The notes beneath the pieces are model-generated. The model did not search any database and was not told the DNA's origin. It saw nothing but the letters and a program-made list of their open reading frames with translations. Position numbers and translations under genes: made by a program. Of a DNA stretch of 64,000 nt, positions 26,149-40,285 are shown piece by piece. Origin of the DNA: Saccostrea cucullata (lineage: Eukaryota); NCBI RefSeq assembly GCF_032062105.1, contig NW_026936117.1, positions 620,001 through 684,000 on the forward strand. The letters are read 5' to 3'. Each line of letters begins with the position of its first letter. Positions within the stretch are counted from its first letter, which is position 1.

Positions 26149-28064
26149 TGTCCCTGTTCATAGACTGATGTTCTGCATAATTATTTGTTTTTGCCTGAAA
26201 GATATGAATTACAGAAATAACGAATATTTCAATTTGCTTTACAAAAGAAATGGATCCCACTATCATTATAAATAAACTGCTTTATTCGCTTACTCTATGA
26301 TATCACAGCAATACCTTCCAAACGAGTGACAAAATTCTCGAGAGAGACTTTAAACACCATACACAGCAATGCCCGACTGCTAAAAACTAAAATCAAGAAT
26401 GTTATTTATTTTTCTGCTTCGTCCGACAAAGGTATTTCATAAATAATATCCACTGCCATCCTTCATTGTTAAGGTCAAGTTCTAGTAAATAAGCCTTTTT
26501 AGTGTCAGCTGCATTATGACATTATAATTGATTTAAACTTAATTTTTCCCGTATTTTACGACAGTAATAGAATTATGTAGAAAATGAAGCATTTTCATGG
26601 CATTCAATTCAAAATTATGTCAAAAGTAACCCGGCTACCTATGTTTGTGTTATTATTATTATTTTAAAGATGAAGTCAAGAATATATGAAAATTCGTTTT
26701 CTGAGAGACTGTCGACAATACTAAAAGATTTCCAAAATCTGACATTGAAAAAAGTATATTTATGCAAGACCTTCTTTTTTAAATTAGAAATAGCATATAA
26801 AGTATCTATTTTCATTGAGTTTACCTAAAAAAAGTCTCGATACATTTTATTCAACCAAGCTACATTTGTAAAGGATCATTAGAAAAATTTGTTTCTCAAT
26901 TTTGAGAAATCTATAGGCATCTGTCATTTACTAGATCTTGACCTTAAATGAAATTCTTATTCTTCAATGATTAAGGTTGAAAAATTTCGTTTATGCGGCA
27001 TAACATTGTAGGTCTGCCTGTTTCTCTTCCTCTTTTTAATTGAAAATAGAAACTTATTTTAAGCGATACATTACTACCAAAAAGAGAATTTTAGCCATGG
27101 ACATGAATTATTTTCTTTTTCGACTGATTAATATGTTACGAAATTAAAGAAGAAAAGAAAAAAGATTGTATTTTGCATCCAAATAGTGCTTACATCTTGC
27201 ATCAGTGTGTAAAAATGTCCTAATAATTAGTATGAAAAAGTCGGTCAACATTTGGCTCAGTGATAAATTTTATTTGCTGACAATGTTATTGTAATGACCA
27301 TAGAACTTACGAAATGAAGACTTTTAATAAGATTGATATTCTCATTTCATCTTCTATTTGGTCAATAACTTACCTCGTTTCAGAAATTGTTCATACGTAG
27401 AGCATGTCATTTTTAATAAAAAAAAATATTTGAACAAAGAAAGGTACAAATTAGTTTGACGACATTGAATCTAGCTCAAAGATCTACAGAACAATTCAAA
27501 TTCAAAATAGAGCAAATAGCGTCCTATATCATAGAGATGGCATCCCGTGTCATGGAAGAGAAAGAAAGTCCTTTTTCCCTTCACATTTGCATTTTGCTTC
27601 TTGTTTTGTTTGGGAAAACAAGAAAATTCTGGAGACATTCATTTGGAAAGCAATGACCTATTGATTTGAATGAAAAATGTTATTCAAATTTGACCTATCG
27701 ATAGAAAATCTATACTAACAATATGTAAACATTAAACTTTTGAATTCGAACGATGATTGACTTTTAAGAAATAAAGCGTACTTTATATTTCATATTTTTA
27801 TACATTATGTAATGAACAGTGAAAGTTCACTAAAACAAATAAATATTAGCTTTGATTATGAAAAGCACCTAATACTTTTATAATATAAATTAAGAAAACG
27901 TCGAATTGTCCTCGAAATATGTGAAATACCATGCATTCTCTCTCGTATTCACGTAACAAAGGTAGCATTTAATCTTCAGGAATTCGGACATTGTCTTATC
28001 GCGTCCAATGTTAGTACTGACTTAGTACATTAAGAGACAAAGATTATACGAATGACTGAGAAAT

Positions 28065-31000
28065 ATGTTACTATATATAATTGTAAGTTCCCTTGTCATC
28101 AGTTGTATAAAAGCACAGAATGAATTGCTGCATAATTCTGATTTTGAAAGTTCATCCTTTTCCGGAAACTGGGTTTGTAGCGACTGTACGATGACCACCC
28201 TCACTAGCGACACCTATCATGGGAGACAATCTGTTAAAGTTACAAACAGGTTAGTCTTTTCCTTATGGAGATTTACATTTTCGGTAGTTGTGGTATTTTA
28301 ACCTCAGAACACATGATGGCATCTCTTTCATTTTCAGAAGACATACTTACTCAGGGCCTCACCAGACTGTCCCAATTTCACCCGGACAGAACTATGTCGT
28401 TAAGACGTACGTAAAACTTCTTAATCTTCACCCGGGGACTTTGTATTCTAGCTTGTCTATGAGAGTCAACCTTCAAGTAAACGGTAATTTAGTTTCAGTA
28501 TATAAAGAAATGAAAGTGATGGACATTTTTTTTTAAAGAAAAAGAAAAACAACTGAAAAACAGTAGTGTAATAATTAAAGACATTTTCAGCGATTAAGCT
28601 ATTTTGCAATGTTTTCTTTTTCAGGAAAAACTGTACATCTAAAAGTGGCTCAACAGCCTATGCAACAATTGAAGTATGGTTGGACAGAAATAAGTGGCGA
28701 TTTCTTTGCACTTAATGGTACATGTATCTTTATATTATATTGCTCCTTGTGCTATCTTTTTATCCTTTAATTGTACCATGTGAAATAATTCAGAAATTTG
28801 CAGCATTTCAAATGATTATAATATATTAATATTTATAGAATTTAACATATCTTAGGAACTTCATCAGCAACGATTTTCCTTGAGGTAATGAATGTTGATA
28901 TCAATTATCTGATGGATTCAGCAAGTCTTCAACCATTACAACACGATTCACACTGGTTATCGAGAGCTCATAACCGCATCAACAAACTCCGTAAAGCACC
29001 CGTCACAATAAAGTACGTGAACTTGTAAATTTTATTAATAGCGTGAGGTGTTTACTGTATGTAAAAATGATACAAGATTAATCCCCATAGAAATAAAATG
29101 TCTGTTAAAAAAAACTATAGAAAACTCATATTTTATAGAATTATCTCGTTCATAAATTAATGAAGCAACTTACATTTTTAGACTGGCACCAGGACAGCAG
29201 ACTCATGGATTCTATGCTGAGGTATGGATTACATGTACATAATATATATCTTGTAGTTAAACAATTTATATCACTTTTCTACTTGAAAGCAGTTGATCCT
29301 CATTAAAGAAAATTACATTGTCCTTCATGATCTTTCTATTCAGTTTTTTTTCTTTTGCAAAATAACGCTCTTGATTTCACTTAGCTAATTCAACAAAAAA
29401 GTGCATTTCCGTTCGGAACAGCCGTCCATGCCGACAAGCTAGGAAATCCTATGTACCAGAAATATACAGACTTTGTCGTCAAAAACTTTGAATGGGGTGT
29501 CATAGCAAATATGCTGAAATGGAAAGCACTAGAACATAGAAAGGTAAGAAAGACATATCAAACTCGAAATTGGTGAACGTTCAATAGATGTCAGATTATC
29601 TCTTATTTAAAACAATCCAGAGACAATTTGAAGGAAGGTGACGGTATTCATTTCACATTTTTTCCAGGGTCATACAAATTATACACTTGCAATGAACGCA
29701 TTACAACTTCTTCAATCTCATGGGTAAGCATCTTCTGAACTTTAAATGCATTGAACAAAAATTAAATCTTGATTGAACCAGTTTTTAGCATTGGTTAAAA
29801 ATTGTTACTCCTTTTACCAAAGACAATAATGACCAGCTAGAAACTAGTTTTTGTCCAGTTCACGATTCAATTTGATCGCTGCATGAATGAGATTGGTCAC
29901 TCTTTGATATCTTTACCTTTTACTTTTTTTCACGAGGATTTTAAGAGAAATTCTTTGGTCAATTCACAGAATGCAGGTTCGCGGTCACAACATGTTTTGG
30001 GATGTTGACAAGCACGTGCCAACTTGGTTACAGGGGATGTCTCCATCAGATCTTGTCAAAGAAATGGAAGCCCATGTAAATGATGTTATGTCGCACACCC
30101 GTGGAAGGTGACAATAAAAAAAATAATACTACGATAATATGTTTAAAGGATTAAAACCATATATATAAATACCTATTTTTGATGGCATGAAAATATAAAA
30201 GTCCTTTTACATGACACAAAAAATATTTTCTTTCCAACTAAAATGCTATGCGACAAAAGTTTCTATGACGGTCAAATGAAATATATTGAGTAAAAATCAG
30301 TATTCAAGCTCAAAAAGTTCATTCAAACAATACAAATCAGGAGCAGAGCAAACACACCTCCAAAACATCAGAGGTGGGATCAGGTCCCATGTTTATGTCT
30401 CACTTTCATAGAAAATAGAAATAATTTTATGTTGTTTTTTTAAAAATTCTTTTTCATCAAATTGTGCGAATATTGAGAGGATGGTAATATAAACAGATAA
30501 AGGTCATGGCAAATTGAATATTAATTTTCTATTGTACAGGCTTGTACACTGGGATGTAAACAACGAGAACCTACACGGGGATTACTTCGAACGTCACACG
30601 AGGGACCCAGACATCACCCACAAAATGTTTCAGTGGATCCACTCCCGTGATCCCAGCATTAAACTTTTCCTTAATGACTACTCTATTCTCTCTCAGTCCT
30701 CCATGACCACGGTCGTCAGATTACGTCAAATTTATATTTATTTTTGTATCGGAAAAACAAACAACTGAAAATTACGAGTTATAAAAATTAATTTTATGTA
30801 TTTATATCAGCATAATACTTTCAGGCAATCAAAAATCAGGCTGTTAATTTTATCAAAAGTCACGTTCCTATCGGAGCAGTTGGTTTACAGAGCCATTTTC
30901 ATGGAACAGATATCGATATGGATGTTATAAAGGTACATGTATTATTCTTATTCAATGAAATAGTGTAAGTTTGGTTTACAATTAAAAGTTTGATTACGAA

Positions 31001-32146
31001 CTAATTGTTTTGACTTCGTGTATATTCTTATGTATATAAATTGTTGAAATAGTTTAAAACACATCTTTATCTGTGAGTAATTTTTCGAAAACTAATTAGA
31101 GATTGAATAATAAAACCTCAACATTATCATTGCCATCCTTACTTATAGCACAGACTTTATAATCTCTTTGATTGCTTTACTTGCCATTCTGTCTGTACAA
31201 TTCTTTTATATATACAATGCATTTGCCATCTTTTCTTCACAGTACAGACTGGATAAGGTGGCGGAAGCCGGACTAAAGATCTGGATCACCGAGCTGACAG
31301 TCGGAGCAGCAGACGACAACAGGAAGGCGGCAGCTTTGGAGAAATTGATGACGATGTTCTTCAGTCACCCTGCAGTAGAGGGGGTCATTCTTTGGCATTT
31401 CTGGGACGGTTCTAACTGGCATCAAGACGAGGCTTTATTCAACGGTCCAGATATATCTGTAAAGATATATTTGTTTATTTTCAAAACATCTTCAATTTTT
31501 AAAGTCTTTTGACGGAGAAAATTTTGTAACTTATAAGATCCACTGACTTCACTACTTTTTAATGATTTGAACATGACAAGGAGCACACTGCGGGTGTGTC
31601 TGGTCGTCAGGGGATGCTCACTTCTCAATGGCACCTGATCCCACCTCCAATGTTTTAGAGGTTCATATTTGCTCAGCTCATGCTTTTTAATGTCTAATGG
31701 ACTTTTAAGCTCGAATTCTGTTCGTTATTCGCCGTATACCACATATTTCATCTGAAAATTAAGTAACATATATCACAGTTTATTAAATTTAACTTTTAGC
31801 CAAATGCTGCGGGACGGAAATATTTAGATCTTGTTCATGGCACCTGGAGATCTCACATGAAACGTAGGATAGATCCAGGTCACACAGTAAATGTTACAGC
31901 GTTTACGGGGGATTATGTTCTGAGCGTTCGACGGAACGGTCACGTGATTCACAACGAGACATTTAGCTTAGGTTCAGCGGGAAAAGATCTCACAGTTCAT
32001 CTTACAGGTAAGTTTCCATGAGGAATTCGTCTTAACCATTGTTTGATCTTTTAATTGTTTTGCTTTATTTTTCGTTTTACTCGTCTTCTTTTTTTTTTTT
32101 TTTTACAGATGACCACCAGCATGTTTCACAGATTGTGTTTGGTTAA
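28065..32146 (+). CDS. GH10 xylanase-like enzyme, paralog C
   Basis: Signal peptide, N.DFES CBM start, RGHNMFW (~29980), WDVNNE (~30550), ITEL (~31285), terminal DDHQHVSQIVFG*. Same exon layout, GT-AG introns. Confidence 0.92.
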
Positions 32147-32713
32147 GCATAAAGCATATCTTTAAAATTTTATGTTTATAGAATATTAAAAGTTATCATA
32201 TCTAGTATATATTGTTTTATTTCCTATTCATTGAATAAAAAAGTAGAGTAATAAGAGTGATAACTAATAATTAATTAAAAAATCTGAAAATCCTAATTAA
32301 AACATGACAAATTGAATAAAAAAAAATGTTATATAAAAACTTTTGTATTTTAAACACCCAACAAAGTAGAAAAAATAAGAAATAATTTGCTGTAAATTCA
32401 ATACATGTATGTATTGGGTTCAGTATAACCAGAGTATATTTCAATTAATATTGTATCTTTGCATCTTGTTCACTAAATGAAGATAAAATGTGTTTAAAGA
32501 TAAAATAATAATAAAAATTTATTCACTATCTAATGTAAGTAATTGTTGTTTTTATTGTTTCCATCAACGTTTCTTTATACACAAGCTTTCTCCTTCACAA
32601 CGGGGTTAATCAGATGTGAAAAGGCTCTGAAAAATTCCACCAATACTAAGATCGGGGACTGACGACAGCGTTATGTCATTTTTCTTATAAATCAGTCATC
32701 AAAAGTTATTATA

Positions 32714-33779
32714 TATACTAGTCAAAATTTCTAAGTCCCCAGGCAAGTTTTTGCTTTACAGCGCTCTTATATTGAATTATTTTAACAGTATAATTTAATA
32801 AGTATACGGGATAAAAAAAAGTAGCAATACATCTTTTTCTCACTTAATTTATTTTATTGAAGCACTTGATCACAATATGCAGAAATGTTAAGGCACCCTA
32901 GAATTAAAAATTCACAACGTTAGATACTGCAATATCCTCCATTCAAACTAAATCACAGCAAGACAACCGTTCCTCAAAGAGTTTACACTATTTAAGAAAA
33001 ATTCTTTTTATTGAATGTTTTTCCATGTGGAGACTAGGTCGTCCTCTAGTTCCCCTAGATTCTGCTGCTGGAAAAGCTGTCTCAAACTCCGGTTTATCTT
33101 CTTCCATACATGTAAGTTTGGGTTGAGATTAGGATGACAAGGGGGCTTACCGAAAGTGCCTGTGCCTTGCTAACAAAAGTTAAATAATGTCTTATTACAT
33201 GTGTACCCCATTCCTCTTGTTTGACATTGAGGGGAGGGCACTTCCGGTTCCGGTTCCATTGATTTTTCCGGATAAATTCTAGGATGATTTTGTTGTGTTT
33301 GTTGAAAATCTAGCGATTTCTAATGATTAAAAGGAATTCAGGTATGCTTTGTAGGTTTTTCGGGCGATAATTATAAAGGTTTTAAGTAAAATAAAGTCAT
33401 ACAGTGAAAGGAAACTGAACTCTCGTCAACTACGACCAGCTTGGGCCATTTCAACTTCACTTTCACATTGTTGTGTGGACATACACCACACTTTAATCAA
33501 ACTTTTTTCTGTTTTTCTTTACCAATTAAAGATGGAGAACAAATGGAAGTAAAAAATATGAAGAATACACCCGAAAAACATATGGAACTCGAACTTCATG
33601 CTTTTTAACAAAAACGGTCACGGTCGAGTAATTAAACATTCAATTACAATTTTTTTTGGGCCTTAACAGGTAAGTATTGCAAATTAAAGGCAAAATTGTA
33701 AGCAACTAGTACATTGATGTTAAGGTTTTGGACTTTTTGAAAAAATAAAAGTGGGGACTTAGAAATTTTGACAAGTATA
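32714..33779. mobile_element. Non-autonomous TA-flanked TIR element (~1.07 kb) between genes C and D
   Basis: 28-bp TIR tatactagtcaaaatttctaagtcccca / tggggacttagaaattttgacaagtata, one mismatch. Confidence 0.85.
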
Positions 33780-34194
33780 GTTTTATATCATGTAAATCAA
33801 GCTTTTCATTGAATGATTGGTAACATGGCATTTTACAGATATCGAACGATAATTAGTTTTAAATTTAATTAAATATTGCAGACCGTGAACACCACCAGAC
33901 TTTCTATTTGTTCCATAAAGAAATTTACTGAAACATTCGATGTCAAGCTTACATGGACATGTATCTTTATTTATTTTACTCCTTTACTCTTTAAAAACAT
34001 GGTGATTGGGTGTCTCACACGTCCCTTATTTAAAAGTCCGTAACACTTCGGATACCATGTTTTTACTCAACTTTTTAGCAATACTCCTGCATCACTGATT
34101 AAAATTAAGTTAGATTTGTGCAACTGTATACTCTTATCAGACAGATAATATGGTTCTAAATTAAAAGCCAAGACTTGGACTGTCATTTCAGTTT

Positions 34195-34480
34195 CCTATT
34201 TGGCGCAATGGTAGAGCGTTTGCTCTAGAGTCGCAGATCTTATGTATGGACTTGAAATTTCGTCGCAGGTTTTCGTCGCAGGTTTTCAATCCCACTGGAA
34301 TTCGAGGGTGAGACAGTAAAACCCTATGTCATGTGTCTCATGAGGTGCTGGCACAAAAGGATCTTCACTGATCAAAGACTGCAATTGCAGAATACAGGTC
34401 AAAATTTCCAACCATCACCGGCAAGTGGTGGCATCTCAGTATGAGAGAAATTTTCTCAAAGAGACGTTAAACAAACATAC
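34195..34480 (+). mobile_element. Older copy of the same SINE family, just upstream of gene D
   Basis: tggcgcaatggtagagcg head, caccggcaagtgg, and gagacgttaaacaaac tail. Confidence 0.75.
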
Positions 34481-34676
34481 AGACAAAATATGCGTGAACG
34501 ACCAAGCAAAGAAACTTTAGTCCTAAAAAAGTCAAGAGGTCAGAAATTTGATCTAGATCTGACAAAGGCACTCATACCTTATCTTGCCCACCACGTGAAT
34601 CAACAATACAATCTTATAAGTATAGATAGATTCAAAATAAGTTTGGGTTTCTAGTTTATGCAAGCATACACATAGC

Positions 34677-37600
34677 ATGTCAAAATTTTCCTTATTATAC
34701 GGACTTCTATTGTTTATATTTCACTCTAATGCGGAGACCGAATTACTTAAAAATGGAGACTTCGAGAGCACGTCTTTTAGTGGAAATTGGCAGGCTGCAG
34801 ACTGCAGGGTGACGTCATATACAGCTGATAAATATCAGGGAAGCAGATGTATAAAAATATCGAACAGGTTAGACAAAACTGTTTCTGTGGTTAAAGCGTT
34901 TACTATCGAGTGGTGGAGTAAGGAGTTGATCCTTACGTCGTGGGTCCAATCCCACTGTGGGACGTGGAGACCGGTCCTTCGTTTACCAGCTCCCGTGTTG
35001 CAGTATACGCTGCCGCGAAAAAGATCCTTCTCTGCTCAACGGCCGTATATGCATGTCTAAATTTGCAACCCTCAACCGGCAAGTGTTGGGGTCTCAATCG
35101 GGGTGATAGTTCTGTATCAAACACGAAAGATGAAAGATCATAGGTTGGGTTATTGAATTTATCAACATGAGTAATGATTTAGACTCAAAACATCAAATAA
35201 AAATGGTTCTAAAAAATTAAGAGGAAGTGAAAATCGACGGTAGGGTATTCAGCATTCTATGTTGATGAGCTGTCGTTCTTCATCATAAGGCACCATGACT
35301 GGTCAGCGGTCCGTCAGGATGTCAGTCTTACTGGAGGACACTGGTACGCGGCCAAAGCATACATCAAGTTACTCAACATGCCAGCAGGTGCCCACTACGT
35401 GTACATGGAAATGATGGCAGCAGTCCATGTAAACGGTTTGTATCTTCTTATAAATTCTGCCGTGTTCAGTATTGAATATGCAGTAAAACGTAAGTTAAAT
35501 GTAAAGCTAGGTGTTTTTTCATGTGATGTTTGTCTTAGAGGAATCTCTTTGTAGGACATACAAAATACAGAACTGTTGGTCAAATTCACATGCAGCAAGA
35601 GAAGTATGGATGGACAGAAGTCGGAGGGGACTTCTTTGCAGAGCAGGGTGAGTTTTGTATGCACAACTACCTTTGTAAATAAATAATTATGTATATGAAG
35701 CTATGCTTTTCAAATATATATAAATGAAGACGTTTTATATATAAACTGTCTGTAAACAGGTGCGACAGGAGCTACCTTGTATGTCCAGGTCCACAACTCC
35801 ACTGTGAATTATCTACAAGACTTCTCCAGCCTTCAGAGGATTCCTACAAACCCCAACTGGAAATCGGAGGCTAATGCTAGGATCAACAATATCAGGAAAG
35901 CCCCCATAACAGCCAGGTCAGTTCTGTAATCTTTTGTATATTTTGTTTGAAAAACGAATAATTCCATCAGAAAATAAACGTCACATGATGTTTCTTTGAA
36001 AGGACCATGAGGGGAAAATCAGTGTCCGCTTGTAAGGTTTTATTGTAATTGAAATTTATATTGAAAGTTTCCAGTGCTTATGATTTTTACGAAGCCGAAA
36101 AAATAGAAACAATAACTAGCCATAAATTTTGGGAAATAATGATTGATTCTAATATTAAAAGAAATGAAAGAAACAAGAGCTAGCCATAAATGTTTGGAAA
36201 TAATGATTGATTCTAATATTAAAAGAAATGAAAGAAACAATAACTAGCAATAAATTTTGGAAAATAATGATTGATTCTAATATTGAAAGAAATGAAAGAA
36301 ACAATAACTAGCCATGAATTTTGGGAAATAATGATTAATTCTAGTATCAATGAATACATTTATTCTTCAGCCTAGTAAACGGAGCGTCAGCTCAAGGACT
36401 TAGCGTTGAGGTAAATCTTGTTATTCTCTCTTAATTCCAATTTAAGTAATTCGAAAAGGAGATGCTCCTCTGTAATTGAGAAAACAAACCATTATTCATA
36501 AAGCATTGAATTGACTGGTTAGTGTTTAACACCGAGTCGGCAATATTACAGCCATATTTAGTCGCCCGCTTGGCGCAGTGGTTAGAGCGTCTGCTCAAGA
36601 GTCGCGAAGTAAGGAGTTGAACCTTATGTCGCGGGTTCGAATCTCACTGTGGGACGTGGAGACCTTCGGATGAGACTGTATAAACCGAGGTCCCGTGTCG
36701 CAGTAGGTGCTTACACGAAAAAGATCCCTCTATGCTCAATGGCCCTAAGTGCCGAGTATAAGACAAAATTTGCAGCTCTCCACCGGCAAGTGGTTGCGTT
36801 TCCATATGAGTGATTCTCGAGAGGGACGTTAAACAAGATACAATCAATCAATACAGCCATATTTATGCGAGAAACTATGATTCATAAAGTACTTAATTCA
36901 GATTTGGTCTTATTATATCTTTAGTTGCAGCAACAGAAGAGTAGCTTCGGATTCGGTGCTGGTGTAGTGGCCGACATGATGACAAACCATAACCAACATG
37001 CGTATCAGAACTTCGTATATAAAAACTTTGAGTGGGCAGTGATTGTTAACGCTCTTAAGTGGCGTCTCATGGAATGGTCAAAGGTTAATTTTTTGTTCAA
37101 ATTAGTTAAAATTATGATTTCCAATATAATATCCTTTTATTTAAATTAACAGATTTTTTTTGCAAGTTTGATAGCTATAGAAGAAATTCAATTTTTAATG
37201 GTAAAGTTAGCTTAGATACTTATAATTTACATGTCCCTTGCTGTTTTTCAATTAAGGGCCATATTAACTTCGCCAGACCTGACAATGCTATAAAAGCCCT
37301 GAGTTCTCACGGGTATGTACTTATATCAAACCATCAGCCTTCAAATAGTCTTTATCGAGGGGGAATTTAGTATCCTTTCATCGGTGTTGCAACTTTGAAG
37401 AATATTTACATATTTTGTTTGAAAGATGAAAATAACAAGTAAACTTTATTTAAATAAAGTGTAAAGATCCGAGGCCACAACATGTTTTGGGGAGTGGAAG
37501 GGCATGCACCGGCGTGGTTGGCGGGAAAATCTGCAGCAGAATACGTCACCGAAATGAAACTTCATGTCCAGGAAGTCATAAGCCATACCAGAGGAACGTA

Positions 37601-37670
<70 letters not shown>

Positions 37671-40019
37671 CCTTCCGTAATCAAATCCTTTACAAACTTT
37701 CCTGAGCACGTGGTTTCATGAATTGTTTTCAGACTGGAACACTGGGATGTTAACAATGAGAACCAGCACGGTGATTACTTTGAGCGTCACACCAATGACC
37801 CGGATATTACCGCCAAAATGTTTCAGTGGATTCACCAGGCGGAGCCGGGCGTCAAACTCTTCATTAACGAGTACAACGTCATCACAAACTCACAAGTTAC
37901 AACGGTCTGTTCAATTTCGTCCTTCAAGATTTTGTTTATTGCACGTATATATCTTACGTGTTATAATCTCTATGCAAAATATTACTTGCAATCTTCACTA
38001 TAAAGAATAGCCGTAAAAAGTTGCAAAAAGATTGAATAACATTTTGGAGATAAATTTTTAATTTACTTATTAAATACAAGTAAGTATGCGAAAAAGACTA
38101 AATCTTGGAATTTCATTAGGCGGTATTTTTGTCCTCCAATACTAGTAGTTATTTTAGATTTATTTGATTATAATTCAAATATATAAAATATTTATTTAAT
38201 ATTTTGTCATGAACTATAACCTTTTCCCTGGTTCCTGGTTTGAAGCAAAATTAGGCAATCGGTTTTGACTTTGAAATAAAGAGAAAAATTTAATTTCTTT
38301 TCTTTGATATTTTCTCAATTTCTACATGTATTTTTTTTTATTATTGGCTTGATTTGAATTTTATATTACTGAACAAGTAGGCCTATTTATAATCCAGCTT
38401 TCTATTAGACATAAGCATTTAAAATTTTTAGGCTACTCGAAATCAGGCTATTCAGCTCCGTAATATGGGTATACCTGTCTACGGCGTAGGAATACAGGGT
38501 CATTTCCACAGCGGTGACATAGATATAGACGTGGTGAAGGTAAAATTGAACTTATAATCACTTATTATATAGTTATTCGTCAATAAATGAATTTTAAAAT
38601 TCTTAATCATTCTTAATAGTACAGATTAGATAAAGTAGCAGAAGCTGGCCTGAAAATCTGGATAACAGAGCTCACCATTTCGGAAAGTGACGTAAACAAA
38701 AAAGCTGCGGCTCTGGAAAATCTCCTGACTCTGTTCTTCAGTCATCCGGCGGTAGAGGGCGTTATGTTCTGGGGATTCTGGGACGGTGCAATACACCACT
38801 CAGTTGATAAGTTATTCGAAGGACCAAACTTGACGGTATTTAAAAAGTACTATTTCAAACAAGTTTTGTAAATATGTATAATTTCATTATATTTTTAATA
38901 TTACATTTCCATACCGATAAACTCCTGCAAAAAAACAAGTCTGGTATAGATACGAGTACATGTAGTTTTCGATAGGCCAGAATTTAGCAAGAATTATTTC
39001 CCGTTGACCGCCATATTGGAGGTCCAAATGCATATATTCCTTTATTTTTCAACCAACTTTAAATCTTAATATTTGCCATTCTGGGATAGGAACCATTGTT
39101 TTTCTGAAGTATAAATATTTTTTGAATCCTCCTTTTTTGAAAACATTATTTCATAAAGATTTTTCACGAAACATTTCTGCTACATCCTTTTAAACATAGT
39201 AAGACAGAGAAGAAAAATCGTCGTTGACCTTCAATATGGCGGCCATCAGGATATGACTCTTGCTTTAAATTCAGACCTTTTGAAAACTATGCAGTGGCGT
39301 AGCATCGTTTTTGAAAGCCAGCCAGAGAAAATTTTTTTTTACTTGCCTGAAAAAGTTGACAAGCAAAAAAAAAAAAAGAAAGAAAAAAAAAAAACTACTT
39401 TTAGTACCAATTCTAATACTACATTTTCCGTACATCACTTAAGGTGGGGGGGGGGGGGTCAACCAGGCTTTCAATTAACATTTCCTATAGTATAAGTAAG
39501 GTTGGGAAAAAAAGTGGGGGGCCAGGCCCCCCCTGGCCCCCCCTGTTGCTACGCCCCTGCTATATATACAAATTTGCGGCGTTAAAAACGTAAACATATC
39601 TTGATCTTTCCTACACAGCCAAACAAGGCGGGACAGGTGTACCTTGACTTAGCACGTAAAGCATGGAGAACCGACTTTACCCATGCAATAAGCACACACA
39701 GTGGAGTTCATACATCCGGGTTCCTTGGTGATTACGTACTGAAGGTTAAAAGTAATGGCCACGTCATTCATCAGGAACAATTCACTTTAGACAAAACGGG
39801 GAAGAATTTGAGCATCCATTTAACAGGTTAATGGTTATAAAAAGTTTTGTTGTGTGAATTTAGTTATACTAAAAGAATTTTTCAATTTTAAATTATTAAA
39901 CGTCTTATGTTATCCCTAATTTTGTATTCGATTGTCATCTTAGTTGAAAATAAATTCTTAATTCAAAATTTTCTTCGATTTCAGATGATCATCAGGTCTC
40001 CCATATTGCATTTGGATGA
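34677..40019 (+). CDS. GH10 xylanase-like enzyme, paralog D
   Basis: Signal peptide, NGDFES, RGHNMFW (~37470), WDVNNE (~37745), ITEL (~38665), WGFWDGAI, terminal DDHQVSHIAFG*. Same exon layout. Confidence 0.9.
34885..35130 (+). mobile_element. Partial SINE copy in gene D intron 1
   Basis: gtggttaaagcg..gtaaggagttgatccttacgtcgtgggtccaatcccactgtgggacgtggagacc matches 36579-36665. Confidence 0.8.
36105..36345. repeat. 62-bp minisatellite, about 4 copies, in a gene D intron
   Basis: Unit aataactagccataaattttgggaaataatgattgattctaatattaaaagaaatgaaagaaac. Confidence 0.9.
36561..36851 (+). mobile_element. tRNA-derived V-domain SINE with 14-bp target-site duplication
   Basis: A box tggcgcagtgg, B box ggttcgaatc, V-like core ggatgagactgtataaaccgaggtcccgtgtcgc, tail gggacgttaaac..(caat)n. 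TSD tacagccatattta at 36547-36560 and 36852-36865. Confidence 0.9.
37603..37664. repeat. (GA)n microsatellite immediately after a gene D splice donor
   Basis: About 31 GA units. A shorter (CT)n lies at ~2723-2748. Confidence 0.95.
39292..39559. mobile_element. hAT-like MITE
   Basis: cagtggcgtagca / tgctacgcccctg termini with G/C-rich subterminal tracts. Confidence 0.7.
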
Positions 40020-40285
40020 AAGCGATACTAGTGTTGATCTTTTATAAAAAAAATAAAATAAAAGGATGCTGGGGATTTTAACAAAGTATCTGTTGTCTTT
40101 TTCAATTACTTCAATCAAATATAGTGACGTTGAACTTTGTAAGATAAGTTGAAATATTATCGAATCATGCAATTATAAAGTTATGAAAACTGTTTTATTT
40201 TTAACTTTATATTTTGTTACACAAGACATAAAATACCGATAGCAGAGCAGTTTTACGTTTAGTGTCATATAATTGTACGTGAAAT

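Noticed and set aside
36561-36650. tRNA gene
   Set aside because: A and B boxes are followed by a SINE body, tail and TSD; no proper cloverleaf.
37446-37756. SL- and ER-repeat ORFs
   Set aside because: Translations of the (GA)n microsatellite.
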